A stretch of 62,988 bases of DNA, the filler included, from Craspedostauros australis (taxonomy: Eukaryota), in assembly GCA_030167865.1 (NCBI GenBank). It is 12 parts of 12 records of this genome, joined end to end, with 100 filler letters (N's around TTAATTAATTAA, not from the genome) between each part and the next. Parts side by side here need not be neighbours in the genome. Positions count along the whole stretch, not along the records: positions 48,264 to 51,389 come from JALAGF010005378.1; positions 51,490 to 56,528 come from JALAGF010005379.1; positions 56,629 to 58,889 come from JALAGF010005380.1; positions 58,990 to 60,887 come from JALAGF010005382.1; 8 more parts are not named here. One strand, written 5' to 3'. The first letter of the stretch is position 1. The number at the start of each line of letters is the position of its first letter. The notes under the pieces were generated by a model. The model was not told where the DNA came from. It searched no databases and saw only the letters and a program-made list of their open reading frames with translations. This document shows, one piece after another, positions 48,264 through 60,987 of the stretch. Position numbers and translations under genes: made by a program.

Positions 48264-51200
48264 GTGACGAGTGATTCCCTTTGCCTTCCAGTTGAGGTTC
48301 CTTCCATCGAGGATGAAGTTGTCTCTTTCGGTGTACTGGTCGCATTGGGCCAGGTATGCGAGTTGGTTGACTTCTGTTGCCATGAGGTTGCAGGCAAAGG
48401 AGATGGATGTCGTGTCCCATGAGATGTTCGTGTTGCACCCTGGTGGGTTCTGCCTTGGGTTCCCTGGATGGTTTGTTAGGGTGGGTACCCTTTGCGGTGG
48501 CACGGTGTTCACGCCTGTTGTGACTGGATCCGCTGCGATGGTCTGGATTATGGATCTGATCGTTCCATGGACAATGTTCTTCCATGGGATGCCTTTCCTG
48601 GTACCTGTTGACAAAACAGATCGTTTGTTTTGCTTGGTCCTCTTATTACCTCCCCTTTCTTCGGGGCCGTCATCCATGCGTTGGTATGATGGTGGTCCCG
48701 AGGAACATGGAAGATACAAAGATCCTGGATCAGAGTCTCCCCTGTCTGGCGCATCGGGGCTCGTTCGCGGATTGTCCTTCTCGGTGGTACGCGTCGTGGG
48801 TGCTTTCGCTGTCCGTTTGGTTAGCGTTTGGGATCGGGTGATGGGTCCTGTGTTCCGTGCCTCCCCTGAATCAGGGATCCCGGTGGGTCGCGTCAGTTTG
48901 TCGGTCTTGTGCTCCCATGCCCGCGGGTGTGTCGTCTTGGCCGTCGCTGCGTACCCTCTTTTAGGTGGGATCTTGGTCTTCCGTCCTTGTGGGGTACCGG
49001 ACAGTTCCAGCAGGGTCCGTGTGCTGGGGTTATCCGCCTCGGGGTCCATGTCTTGGTCGAAGGTGACACACCTGTTGTTGTTTATACCCTTCCTGAAGGG
49101 GCGGACCACGCTTCGTACCAGTACACGTCGAGATTCGTCATCTAGCACGTGGTATGTGAGGAAGTCCCCATGGGATTCTGCCACACCAAGCCAGTATCCT
49201 GACTTCTCCTTCGAGTTCGGAAAGGTAGCGTTGGGGTCATGGTACAAGACCTTCTCGTAGAATTGGAAGGTTAAGAGCGCAGAGATGTCGACGGTTTCTC
49301 CGTGTCGTACGGTGTATGGGATTGCGTATCGTAGGGACGGGTCTGATGTGTGGTTGNNNNNNNNNNNNNNNNNNNNNNNNNNNNNNNNNNNNNNNNNNNN
49401 NNNNNNNNNNNNNNNNNNNNNNNNNNNNNNNNNNNNNNNNNNNNNNGATGTGGAGGTCCCTAAGAAGCTTGAGGACCTTCTCTCCGGTCTGCTCCTTTGC
49501 GTTGTCGCTGTGGAAGGCCCATGGTGCCCCCTCTGTCCTGATGAAATCCTGGAAGGCGACGAAAACCTCTTCTTTCTTCTTCAAGCCGTATGCGTTGATC
49601 ATGTGGGAGGATGTTCCGTAGAAGATTTGCGCCATGGAGTATCCGTCTCCAAAAGACTTGACGTTGGANNNNNNNNNNNNNNNNNNNNNNNNNNNNNNNN
49701 NNNNNNNNNNNNNNNNNNTTGCGCCATGGAGTATCCGTCTCCAAAAGACTTGACGTTGGAGAATATGGTGTCCGTCGCCACGATCTCCCGGATTCGTTGT
49801 CGGCGCATCCACTCGAATCTGGACTTCTTGTGCCTTCGCATAGGGTAGGTGATCACTGCCCGCATGAGTTGTGTGGTTCTGGCGAGGGTCTGCTTGATCA
49901 CGTGCGTGGGTAGGTACCCGAGGTACGGTCGGATCTTGTGAAGATCGATGGACTTCCATTTGGCTCGGAAAGGGAACCCTTGGTGGCTGTACTCGGTCAT
50001 AGCTTCCGCAGGGTGTCGGTCCATGGTGTCCATGGGGTTGTCCTTTCCCGGGTCGTCAACCCCAGCGGGGTTCTCGTCCTTGGTGTGTCCGTGGTATCCA
50101 GGTACGCTTCGCGGGTCTCCCCGGTGGGTGTCGACACGCGTTGCCTTGGTCACGCCGATTTCGTTGGGGATGCGAAATGTTTCCCGATTTCTCCGGAACG
50201 CTGGTTCAGATCCTACCGAGTGTAAGGATGAGATGGCGCTGTCTGCTTCGCCATCCGGGTCTGATACCTTTGTCGATGGAACGTTGGTTGACTCGGTGTA
50301 TCCCTTTTGGGCCGTTCCTACCACGTTGGCCTCGCGATCGATGCCCAGCTCCCTGTATAGGTGGTCGATGTCTCCCGCTGAGAGATTGTCCACCATGTCG
50401 AAAAGGGTGCCTCGGATCGAGATGGCAGTGTCAGTAGCCGATTTCGCGAATGTTACCGTGTCAATTGCATGTGACATTCCGATGAGCTCCTCGAGACTTA
50501 GGGTGTCAAGAAATGCGTCCACCTTGGGGCACTCCTGGCGCACACGGTTGAGATCTCCTGTGGTGTGCTCATCTGGATGGTGGGCGTTGGGTTCCATGGG
50601 TTCTCGTCCTTCCATGGGATTATCCGGGATACCGTCCTTGGCCTGGCGTGTCCCGGGTTCCATGGGATCCTTCGATGCATTGTGGGCGCTTGAATCCATT
50701 GCTCCAGCGTCATGCGGTGCATCAGGTTGGTCATTCCAGTCGACTACCTTGTCTCCTCCAATTGGGTCCCTGGTAAGATAGCAACCCATGGGTACGTTGC
50801 ATACGTGTCCTCCTTGGTGATCTGAAGGGTTCCATCCTTGCTTTGGGGTGATGTCATAGGTGGGCAGATCCTCATCGTCCTCCATGATGGGAAAGACGTC
50901 GAACGTCATCAGCGCGTCTCGCATTTCCAAGTTGATCGTCGTGTCTTCGTTAGGCATTAGGCATTGTCGGCCTGTGCCTGGTGTCGAAAACGATGCCCAG
51001 TGTTCCGACGAAACCGTATCGAGGACGGTTCCACTGGCTCGAATTTGGTGGTCGGAGAGCAGCGTCACCCGACTGTCGACGTTCAGAGCGGCTTCGTAGA
51101 TCCGGAGGATCACTTCNNNNNNNNNNNNNNNNNNNNNNNNNNNNNNNNNNNNNNNNNNNNNNNNNNNNNNNNNNNNNNNNNNNNNNNNNNNNNNNNNNNN

Positions 51201-51389
51201 NNNNNNNNNNNNNNNNTGCGGGTAGATGTAGTCAATCTTCCAGACCCGGTCCTTGTTCCCGATAACGCAGCATTGTGCGCCTCCGTCACATACCGCGTAT
51301 GTTTGCGGGGAGAAGGTCGCCAGGTTGATCAGCTGTTCGGGTACTGATTGGCGTTGTTTGGATTCTGGTGGATCGATAGGGCTTGGGGC
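48264..51389 (-). mobile_element. pol: CoDi-like copia pol fragments (protease end, integrase, linker)
   Basis: TLLSDHQIR, RPYLGYLP..IKQTL..TTQ, IVATDTIF, FQDFIRTEGAP..HSDNAKEQ and FYEKVLY..GYWLGVAE..GD. Confidence 0.85.
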
Positions 51390-51489
51390 NNNNNNNNNNN
51401 NNNNNNNNNNNNNNNNNNNNNNNNNNNNNNNNNTTAATTAATTAANNNNNNNNNNNNNNNNNNNNNNNNNNNNNNNNNNNNNNNNNNNN

Positions 51490-52600
51490 AGAGCAACGGG
51501 TTGCGGATGAATGTGACAGGGGATATCATGTGGACTCGGGAATTCGATGCCAGCGGCACAATCACCATTTGAACGAGGCCCATGTCGTGGTACTGGGGCA
51601 ACCATGAAAAGGTGGTAAATCGCTCCGAGAGCTGTGTCTCGTTTGCACCTTTTTCAAGGCATGTGAGGGAAAAGCTGTGAAACAGTTCAACGTTGGCTCT
51701 CAGGGCGTCGTGGGTCACCATCACGCCCTTGGGGTTGCCCGTGCTTCCAGATGTGTACTGGAGGAAGGCGAGGTCCGAACCTTTGATGTTGGGTTCATCG
51801 AATGAAGGTGGCGACGACGATGAGCGGCCGGACATGAGGCTGGAAAGGAAGCCAGTCTTGGCTTGCTTGTTCTTGCCGTTGGTCTTGTCGGCGATGAACG
51901 GATCATGGCGGATGATGCGATCGGTGACTTGGTACTTGACCCCGCTCGGCCACAAGGAGCGGCTCTTGGACGCCGGATTGGCGCGATCGGCAGCGCGGAG
52001 CATGTTGATGGATGTTTGGGTGAGGATGAGTGCTGGCGCACAATCCCCGATGACCTTGTTCATTTTGGTGAGAGACTTGACGAGCGGTGGTCCGGGAGGG
52101 TAGACCAGGACNNNNNNNNNNNNNNNNNNNNNNNNNNNNNNNNNNNNNNNNNNNNNNNNNNTGTTCATTTTGGTGAGAGACTTGACGAGCGGTGGTCCGG
52201 GAGGGTAGACCAGGACGGCCGTCACTCCTGCGCGGAGACATCCCATGAACATGGCGAAGAAGTGGAGTCCGAAGTCGTAGCAGAGGACGACACGGTCATC
52301 TTTCTTGGCACCCCACTTGTTGCGGATGAGGTGAGCGCAGTGTCCTGCTTCATCCCAGAGCTGTTGGAAGGTGTAGTTGTTGGTTGCCTTGCCTTTTTCA
52401 TTGTACCAGGTGGAGAAGACGGTGTCGGACTTGAGTTCGACGATGTACTTGATGTGTTCGATGAAGGACTTGGTTTGGATGGACTTGTGGATGATCTCGT
52501 GCTCAGTGGCGTTGGTGTTGGCGTTGGCGTTGGCGGTACCGGCTTCGATGTCATCGTCGACGGCGCGGTTTGCATCGGAGGGAGCGGATGGGTTGCCCAT
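51490..52600 (-). CDS. Fatty acyl-AMP ligase (FAAL)-like adenylation enzyme, N-terminal part, truncated at scaffold end
   Basis: GLHFFAMFMGCLRAG..VYPP, LAFLQYTSGSTGNPKGVMVTH, SWLPQYHDMGL and SPVTFIRNPL. Confidence 0.85.
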
Positions 52601-53225
52601 GTTGGAATGCGTCGTTGAAACGAGGGGTTGGTTGCAGATGTGGTTGTGTTCTGTTGTGTTGCGATTGGTGCAGCGTGGTTACTTTGATCTTGTCGATTTG
52701 TGAGTTGTTGGTTCTCGAGCTTCAGAATTGTGAGCAGTTGGACAATCATCGGCGTTGTGTTGTCTGGTGCCTTCTTCGGGCACATACGTGCTCGTACGAG
52801 TGCTGCCGCTGCATTTGTTATCCAGCGAGATGAATTCCTTCATCAGATTGTTCCGTGGAAGGATCGTGGAAGGAAGGTGTTGTTGGGTGATGTGTGCGCT
52901 GGTTGGAGTCGTAGGTGTGAACAAGACAATCGCAAGATACGGCGCTCTGTCGCTTCCGGTGGCCGCACTTTGGATCATGGGTGCAGATTCGTGGCCCGAT
53001 AGGAGAAGACTGCATACCAGCACTCCGCGCAACACGAAAACGAATACAGTTCTGCAGAGCGCAGTAGAGCATAGTACCAGGATGTCGTGATACAACCAAG
53101 AAACATATATCCGATCGCCGGACGAAGCAGCGTTCATGTGGTGTGCAGGACCCAAAAACAGTCGAGCAATTATTGGAGTGGGAAGAACGGGCAAGTTCGC
53201 GCAGACGTGACAGCCACACACTCTG

Positions 53226-53407
53226 TATTGAAACGGAGACGGTGGTAGGTATAAAGTCGTATCTTAGTGTGTTGATTTGCGGATTGTGTCCGGTTTGTTT
53301 CTTTTTCCTTTTCTTTGCGTTGCACCTTCTGTGCCTTTTCTGTGGCTGTTGTCGTTTGCTGCTGCTCGTGACTCAGCCGAGTCCTCGTGACTGGTTTCGC
53401 TCCAATA
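53226..53407 (-). mobile_element. Short 3' LTR (182 bp) of copia element C
   Basis: Follows PPT-like AAAAGGGGCG on the minus strand and is bounded by inverted TATTG/CAATA. Confidence 0.55.
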
Positions 53408-56400
53408 CGCCCCTTTTGGACGTGTCAGGGATGAAGACCTGCGAGGTCCTAACCACCTTCACGAGTGTCTTGGTCTGCTTGCGGTTGCCATGTCCAGCCT
53501 GATCTGGTTTCGTCGTGTCGCGCTTTGCTTTGGAAAGTGGCTTTGGTAGACGGAATAGTGACATGCGGATGAGGCGGTAGAACGTGTGCTTTGCCACGGG
53601 TTTCGTCAGCAAGTCGGCTTCGTTGTCCTCTGACGCGATGTGCACGAACTGCACAGCCTTGGCAGCGATTGCCTCACGGATGCGGTGGTATGCAATGCCA
53701 CAATGCTTCTTCTTGAGCACGCTGGTGGGTATGGTCGTGTTGATGACCACGGATTTGTTGTCACCCAAGAGTAGCGCGGGTCCATCGATGGGAACGCCCA
53801 TGACACGGAGCGCTGTTCTCAGCTCGACGATCATATCCACTGCGATGCGCGCGGCCACCAGCTCGGAACCATACGTAGACGACTCCACCGTCTTCTGCCG
53901 CTTGCAGAACGTACGCACCACCATGCCGTTGATCTTTGCCACAATGCCTGTGACGGATCTGCGTGTCACAACGTCGTGTGCATGATCAGCATCCACGTAC
54001 ACGGTGATTCTGGCTGGTTTCCCTTTTGGCCTTGGTTGATTGTGTGGCATCTCCTCAGTTGCTTGTGGATAGAACTCGATCCACTTGTTGTGTTCATCCG
54101 GATCTGCTTCTGGGTGTTGTGGTAGGGTTGGATCACACAGCAGCATCCCGTTCCGGTGGGTCTTGAGGTAGCCAAAGACTCGGGTCATGGCTTTCAGGTG
54201 GCCAATACGCGGAGTCATCGAGAAACGCGACAGTGCCATCGTCGCGAACTGCACGTCATAGCGACCCAGAGTGATGATCCAATTCGCACTGCCAATGAGC
54301 GTCCTGAATTTGCTTGCTTCTGCTGGATCCAGGAGATCTGTGTCGTCGGTCTCTGGATGGTATGCTTCCGCCATCGGGGTTGCCACCTTTGGTAGAGATT
54401 TCCCCAGTAGTGTCTCAATCTTCTCACATGCGCTTCCGATATACGTCTTTGCCGACAGCGCTGTGAACACACCTTCCTTCTGCCAGACGTCATCCAGTTG
54501 TGCAATGTTGCCTCCGAGATAGTACATGGGTACTCCGACTCCTTTCATGACGTATTTCTCCTGCAACACCTTCATGATGTCCATGGGTGATCTGCTGAAT
54601 ACAAGGACATCGTCGACATATGAAGCAATCATTTCATAGTGGTCTTCATGTTCTCTGATCCACAGGTCATTGTCGTACTGTGTTGGTTGGAAGCCGAGTT
54701 CGCGGAATGTGGATGCCAGGTGCTCATGGAATCTTGCACTGGAAGTTCGCAGCCCGTACAAGCCTTTGTGGATGATCATTGGCTTGCCTTCCAGTGCCCC
54801 AAATTCAGACCCTGCCATGACGTAGCATCGTTCACGAGTCTTGGCGTACAAAAATGCATTCCCAACGTCGCCTGCGCACACCTGGAGTCCGTTCATGGCA
54901 GAGACAACGAAGGCGATGCGGATGGTCTCAAATGCGACCACGCCCGAGTAGACATCTTCCACGGATGGATCAGACTTGTTCCCATTCGCCACGAGTCGTG
55001 CTTTGCGTCGTAGATCAAACTTCACGTCAAAGATGATGTGATACGGGATGCATTGGTAGGTGGATAGGTCATCTGCAGCCGTTGGAAGCCGAAAGGTACC
55101 ATAGTTGCTGATCTGCTGGAGCTCCTTTTGGAGTGCCTGTAGCCACAGCGTGTCTCCATTGAGTCTGTCGAGGTACATAGCGTGTCGAACGCTGTTGGGT
55201 ACCTGGACACCAAACTTGTATCGAACACCTTTCTTGGTTGCTTGCTTCTTCTTGACCATGTTCACCATCGTGCGTCGGATCTCATCGTTGTCCTCGATGA
55301 CATGTGTGACCCACTTGAATGCTGGGTGGTCGTGCAATGATTGGTCCTCCACATACTTGCTGATGATGTAGGGGTCCTGGAGCCGCATGTCGTCCACTCT
55401 GTGCCACGAGTTGGATCCGTCCATCCATCCCACATTGACCTTCCAGTGTTCGTTGGTGGATCCTTTGAAGCGAAGTTTGTGTCGGATGATACACGCCGCT
55501 CTGTTTTGCATGTCCTGTCCCTCAGCCATCTCCTCGATCAGGTCTTCGCAGAAGTCCGCATGGATGACGTAGTTGAGTTGCTTGATCTCGGCCCGTGTCA
55601 GCCCTGCCACGATTGTTCTTGGTTCCATGTCATCGAAGTGTTCCCTTGTTGGTGGTGACACATCCATGGGGTAGAAGTGTTCATGATTGAGAATACCAAC
55701 CTGTGCTTGACTGTGGTGCCCGAGCACGGTATGTGGTGATGTAGCAATGGGTTGGTCTGCCCCAATGGCCGCCATCAGTGTGCGGACGATGGACTTTCGT
55801 CCGTCTTCTGGCTTCCACGAGCGACCACCGCCCCTATCGCGGATGCGTTGGGAACGTCGCCCCTGCGTCTTCGCCTCTTCGGTATCGTTCTTCGCTGTAC
55901 CACTGTTTCCATCGCGCGCAAGAGTCCCCCCTTTCGCCGGTGTCTTGGCAACGCCATGACGCCTCGGTGAACGATGAGCAGGTACGCCGTCTTTGGCAGC
56001 TAGCGGACGCTGGTGAGGTTGCGTGGTTGTGGGTGTGGTTGCACGCCCCTGGACGTGGCGTCGTGCCTTGCGCGGTGGTCGCCGATGCTTCCTCAGCCGC
56101 TGATTCATGGGCAGTGGGGATGAATCCAATGCCAGCAGGGCATCCGGTGCATCGCGTTCTGCGTTCGGGTCAAGCTCCTTGCCAAACGGCAGCCGCTTGT
56201 TTTCCATGTTGGTGCGGAACGGTCGCACAACGCTGCGGACAAGTATGCGCTGCTTATCATCAGTGAGTACGAAGTACGTGAGTGCGTCTCCACACGAGTC
56301 AGCAACGCCAAGCCAGTAACCATTCTGTTCCTTGGGGTCTGGAAACGAGCTCTGCGGGTCAAGGTAGTATACCTTTTCATAGAACCGAAACGTGAGGAAC

Positions 56401-56528
56401 GGCGATATATCAATGGTCTCGCCATGCCGGACGGTGAGCGGTATGTTGTACCGGAGCGATTGATCCGCAGTCACGTTGTGGATGTCAGCGATGTATTTGG
56501 CAGCATGGAACCACGCCCGTGGTGGTGC
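53373..56528 (-). mobile_element. pol: CoDi-like Ty1/copia pol, intact 3' part (integrase C-terminus, chromo-like domain, RT, RNase H)
   Basis: Uninterrupted frame of more than 1030 aa: YKFGVQVP, FDVKFDLRRKARLVA, GDVGNAFL, GLYGLRTS, SYVDD, YVDADHA, ESSTYGSE and ADLLTK. Confidence 0.95.
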
Positions 56529-58989
56529 NNNNNNNNNNNNNNNNNNNNNNNNNNNNNNNNNNNNNNNNNNNNTTAATTAATTAANNNNNNNNNNNNNNNN
56601 NNNNNNNNNNNNNNNNNNNNNNNNNNNNGCACGCTGTAATCTTCAGCGGACGGGGACAACACAGGAAGCCAGCCAAAAGGAACTCGAGCACGTCGATCGC
56701 CTCAAGACAGAGCAAGAGGGAAAAAAATAATCCTAAATATTCTCGATAGATGACATCAACGATGAGAGAACTGCGGGTATTCTGCCATGAAGCAACAACC
56801 AGGCAGCCTGACCAAGATGCCAAATGCCGCATGCCTCGCGAAGGTCTCGTTCGTCGCCGACGCCAACCAAAGGAGCACACCGAAAAGGGGTTCGGTGTTT
56901 CCAATCTATGCATACATCCGTCCACGCATCCATGCATCCATGCACGCATCCTTCAGAACATCTGGTGGTTCTGACGAATTCCGCAACGACACTCATGTTG
57001 GTACCAATGCATGGCCCTTCGGAAAGAAAGTCTGCGTCGCAGTCTTACCAATGTTACACGTAAAGAAAGTCACTAGTACCAGATACACGAATACATGCGT
57101 CACGACGAGTACAAGTGCGACCGCGAATGCTACGACCGTCTTGACACCTGATGATTACGGTTGTCAGAATGGGTGTTGCTCTCCCGATGCTTCGATCGAC
57201 ATGTTGCGTAGTGGTTCTCCATGTCGCTATTCTGACAAGCACGAGCATTCTTAGAATGTGGAAGCAGAGGCACTCCATTCATANNNNNNNNNNNNNNNNN
57301 NNNNNNNNNNNNNNNNNNNATCGTCATCATGGTAATCATCATGGTGCGTGTAGTCGTAGTCATTGTCAAAGTGGGCAAGTAACTCTGATGGACGCATTGG
57401 CCCGTACTGCATGTTCAGGTTGGAACTCCGTGTCCGTACACGCAATTGCGAGAGTTGTTGGAGAGGCGACGTCACGGGCAGATTACTGCCGTCACGAGCG
57501 CTCAATCATCTCAAAGGCACTGCCCACCCGTCCACCGCACCATCTGACGAGCGCTGAGCTTTGGTAACGTTGACAACGCTGCAGACTGCACACAAGACCG
57601 CATCATGGACTCTGTCGCAATTTGCAACAGAGCAAAGACCAACGCAAAGACCNNNNNNNNNNNNNNNNNNNNNNNNNNNNNNNNNNNNNNNNNNNNNNNN
57701 NNGACTGCACACAAGACCGCATCATGGACTCTGTCGCAATTTGCAACAGAGCAAAGACCAACGCAAAGACCAATACCAACGTCCACGCTCGTATGTACAG
57801 AGTAAACATGTTAGGCAAACACGCGGCGAACATACCACTATTCTTCACGGTTGCCCTTCGCAGCCTACCCCCGCAAGCACAAACACGGACCGAGGTGATG
57901 CCCGTCCTTTGAGCTGTCACTCTCGATTACTATCGGTCGGCAAGTACTCGCATGGGACGTTACACCAAGCGAGCTGCGATCATCGACTGCCTCACTATTC
58001 TGAGAACGGCAAAGACGGACACTCGAACACACAACAGATCTTCATCACGATGCGATGAGAAGTCCTTGGAATGGATAGTCATCGTGCCAAAGAGGACGAG
58101 CATGAGTACGAGCACGACCACATGCTCACTCACATGGATGAACAGCGACTGCAGAATCTCCAGTAGACTGCGCAGCGTGATTGATCATGATCGATGATGA
58201 GCAATAGATGATCGACGATAGACGATATAACGGGTTCGGTTCTCCTTGATAGCGATGTCCAGCACCTACAACCGCAACACTATATGCAGCAGCAACAACG
58301 GAATGGAGGGACGGAAGGAGGCACTCGGATCAGTGGATTCCAATCAGATCTCATTCACACCCGTCAGTGCGTTGATGAGAATGAGCCGTGGAACGTCGCG
58401 TCTTCCATGAATAGATAGCCATTGTGTGCTTCGTCGAGAGAGCTTCTTCAACTGCGACTTCGGTCACGACTTGCATTCAGATACTCCGCATTGAAGAGCA
58501 TGCAACGACCACGGGCGAATTGATCGCGGCGGTACTCACTGTGACGGTCAGATCTGTCCTTGGAGGGAAGGTGACCTGCTCATCGTGGAGTGGAGCAGAG
58601 TTTATGGATGGGGTAGCCGTGTCGGTGACGAGTGACTTCTTGTACTCTACACGATATCGCTGATGCTGCTTCGTTGATGGTGGAGGTAGTGGCGACAATC
58701 AGGGCAGCCATGGAATGCCTTCATGGAATGCCTTTATGGAATTCATCCACATGCCCATGACATCGTTGCCGACGTTGCTGCTGCTGCTGCTGCTGATTGG
58801 GTTGTTGAGACAACGGCGAATGATGAGAACATCAAGTTGCACGGAATGCCTACATCAACCACATCCACTGGCGCAGATCAGCTGCGGTANNNNNNNNNNN
58901 NNNNNNNNNNNNNNNNNNNNNNNNNNNNNNNNNTTAATTAATTAANNNNNNNNNNNNNNNNNNNNNNNNNNNNNNNNNNNNNNNNNNNN

Positions 58990-60887
58990 CCTGGACATCG
59001 GAACGGTCGCTGGACTCGTCATGTCCACCGAAGGACCTATCATCGCGAAGTTCCACCAATACGCCCTCTATGGCAAGGGCAAGACGATTCACTCGACGAA
59101 TCAGCTCGGTGCCTTCGGTCTCGATGTCAACGAGCGTCCTCGCGANNNNNNNNNNNNNNNNNNNNNNNNNNNNNNNNNNNNNNNNNNNNNNNNNNNNNNN
59201 NNNNNNNNNNNNNNNNNNNNNNNNNNNNNNNNNNNNNNNNNNACACGCAAGGAGATTGACACGTACCCTCACGTGGATTTCACTGCCGACGAAGAGTGGG
59301 ACCCATCCACTCTCGACCACGAGTTCACTTTGCTGGACGGGACCTCCGATGGTGCCCCAGATGACGGCGTCCACTCACCGGACTCCATCGAAGTGTTCAC
59401 CAGTGAGACTGGTGACCCAACGCAGGGCGCTATCACCCGCGCCAAGCCGACGATCGACTATGAGGCCCTCCGTCCATACTTCGGATGGATCCCGGCCAGA
59501 AGAGTCCAAGACACTCTCAAGTGCACGTCCCAATGGTACCGCACCTCCGAGCGATTCACCATGAGAAAGCACTTCAAGACNNNNNNNNNNNNNNNNNNNN
59601 NNNNNNNNNNNNNNNNNNNNNNNNNNNNNNNNNNNNNNNNNNNNNCACACCTGCACACGACGATGGTGTGCCAGGCCATGGTGGCAGCACGATGATGCAA
59701 GTATACGTGGCCGTGGATTCTCGCTTCACTGCAGGATTCCCCATGACATCGGAGAAGCAAGTCGCTTCCACTCTCCAAGACTTCATCCGGCGTCATGGAG
59801 CTCCTGACCTCCTGATGTCCGATAACGCGAAATCCGAGATCGGATTCAAGGTACAAGACATCCTTCGACAGTACTCCATCGCTGACCATCAGAGCGAGCC
59901 GGAGCACCAGCACCAGAACGCCGCAGAGAGGCGTATCCAAGACATCAAGCGCATGACGAACGGCATCATGGACAGGACGGGCACACCTGCTCGCTTCTGG
60001 CTCATATGCACCATGTATGTCATTGTGCTCTTCAACCACTTGGCTCAACGCACGGCAGGAAACGTCACACCGATGCAGGCAGCCTACGGACACCGTCCCG
60101 ATGTGAGCAAGTTCCTTGCCTACCGATGGTGGCAACCGGTGTACTACCGTGTTGAGAAGCCTGGCTTTCCCAGCCAGTCCAAGGAGCGCAAGGGGAGATG
60201 GGCCGGACCCTGTCTCCACAAAGGTGACGAACTCACCTTCTGGGTGTTGGACGATGACACCCAACAGCTCCTCCCACGATCCTCGATCCGTGCAGCCGAC
60301 GAGCACGGCTCTCGCAACCTGCGTGTCGACTTTCCCCTGGCCGACGTTGGGGAGGAAGACGGCTCGGACACGAACCCACTTGATGATGGGGAGCTTGACG
60401 ACGACGTTCCAGTGCCTGATGGAATGCAACCAGTTGTCCATTCCCTCGGAGACGCCGTTCTTTTCGCTTCTGCGGAGTCCGATCCTGGAACGNCGGNCAT
60501 GGCAAGAGTCTCCATCCCTCGATTCACACCAGAGGATCTCATCGGCAAGACCTTCCTGTACGACCGCGACGGACAGAGAGTCAAGGCCGAAGTCATCCAA
60601 CGCGTCAACGATGCAGATGCTGCGAACCACCAGCGAATCAAGATGTTGCTCGCCTTCGACGATGGAGCCACCAACGATCTCATCTCCTACGTCCAGCTGT
60701 CCGACATCATCGAACAGCAGCTCGAACGCAACGAAGACGACGAAGACGGAGTATGGGGATTCCAAGGCATCATCGGCCACGAAGGACCTCTCACTCCGAA
60801 CGTCAAGACCTACAAGGGGTCCCGATACAATGTCATTGTACAATGGGATGACGGATCAACAACATCCGAACCACTCTCCACCATGTT
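58990..60887 (+). mobile_element. pol: CoDi-like copia pol fragment (protease end, integrase core, chromo-like domain)
   Basis: HQYALYGKGKTIHS, LRPYFGWIP, LQDFIRRHGAP..SDNAKSE, SEPEHQHQNAAERRIQ and IIGHEGPL..YKGSRYNVIVQW. Confidence 0.92.
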
Positions 60888-60987
60888 NNNNNNNNNNNNN
60901 NNNNNNNNNNNNNNNNNNNNNNNNNNNNNNNTTAATTAATTAANNNNNNNNNNNNNNNNNNNNNNNNNNNNNNNNNNNNNNNNNNNN

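Noticed and set aside
56629..58889. Protein-coding gene
   Set aside because: Only short interrupted ORFs with no identifiable motif.
24291..60943. TTAATTAATTAA as a piggyBac TTAA site or biological repeat
   Set aside because: It is always inside N runs and is a six-frame-stop assembly spacer.
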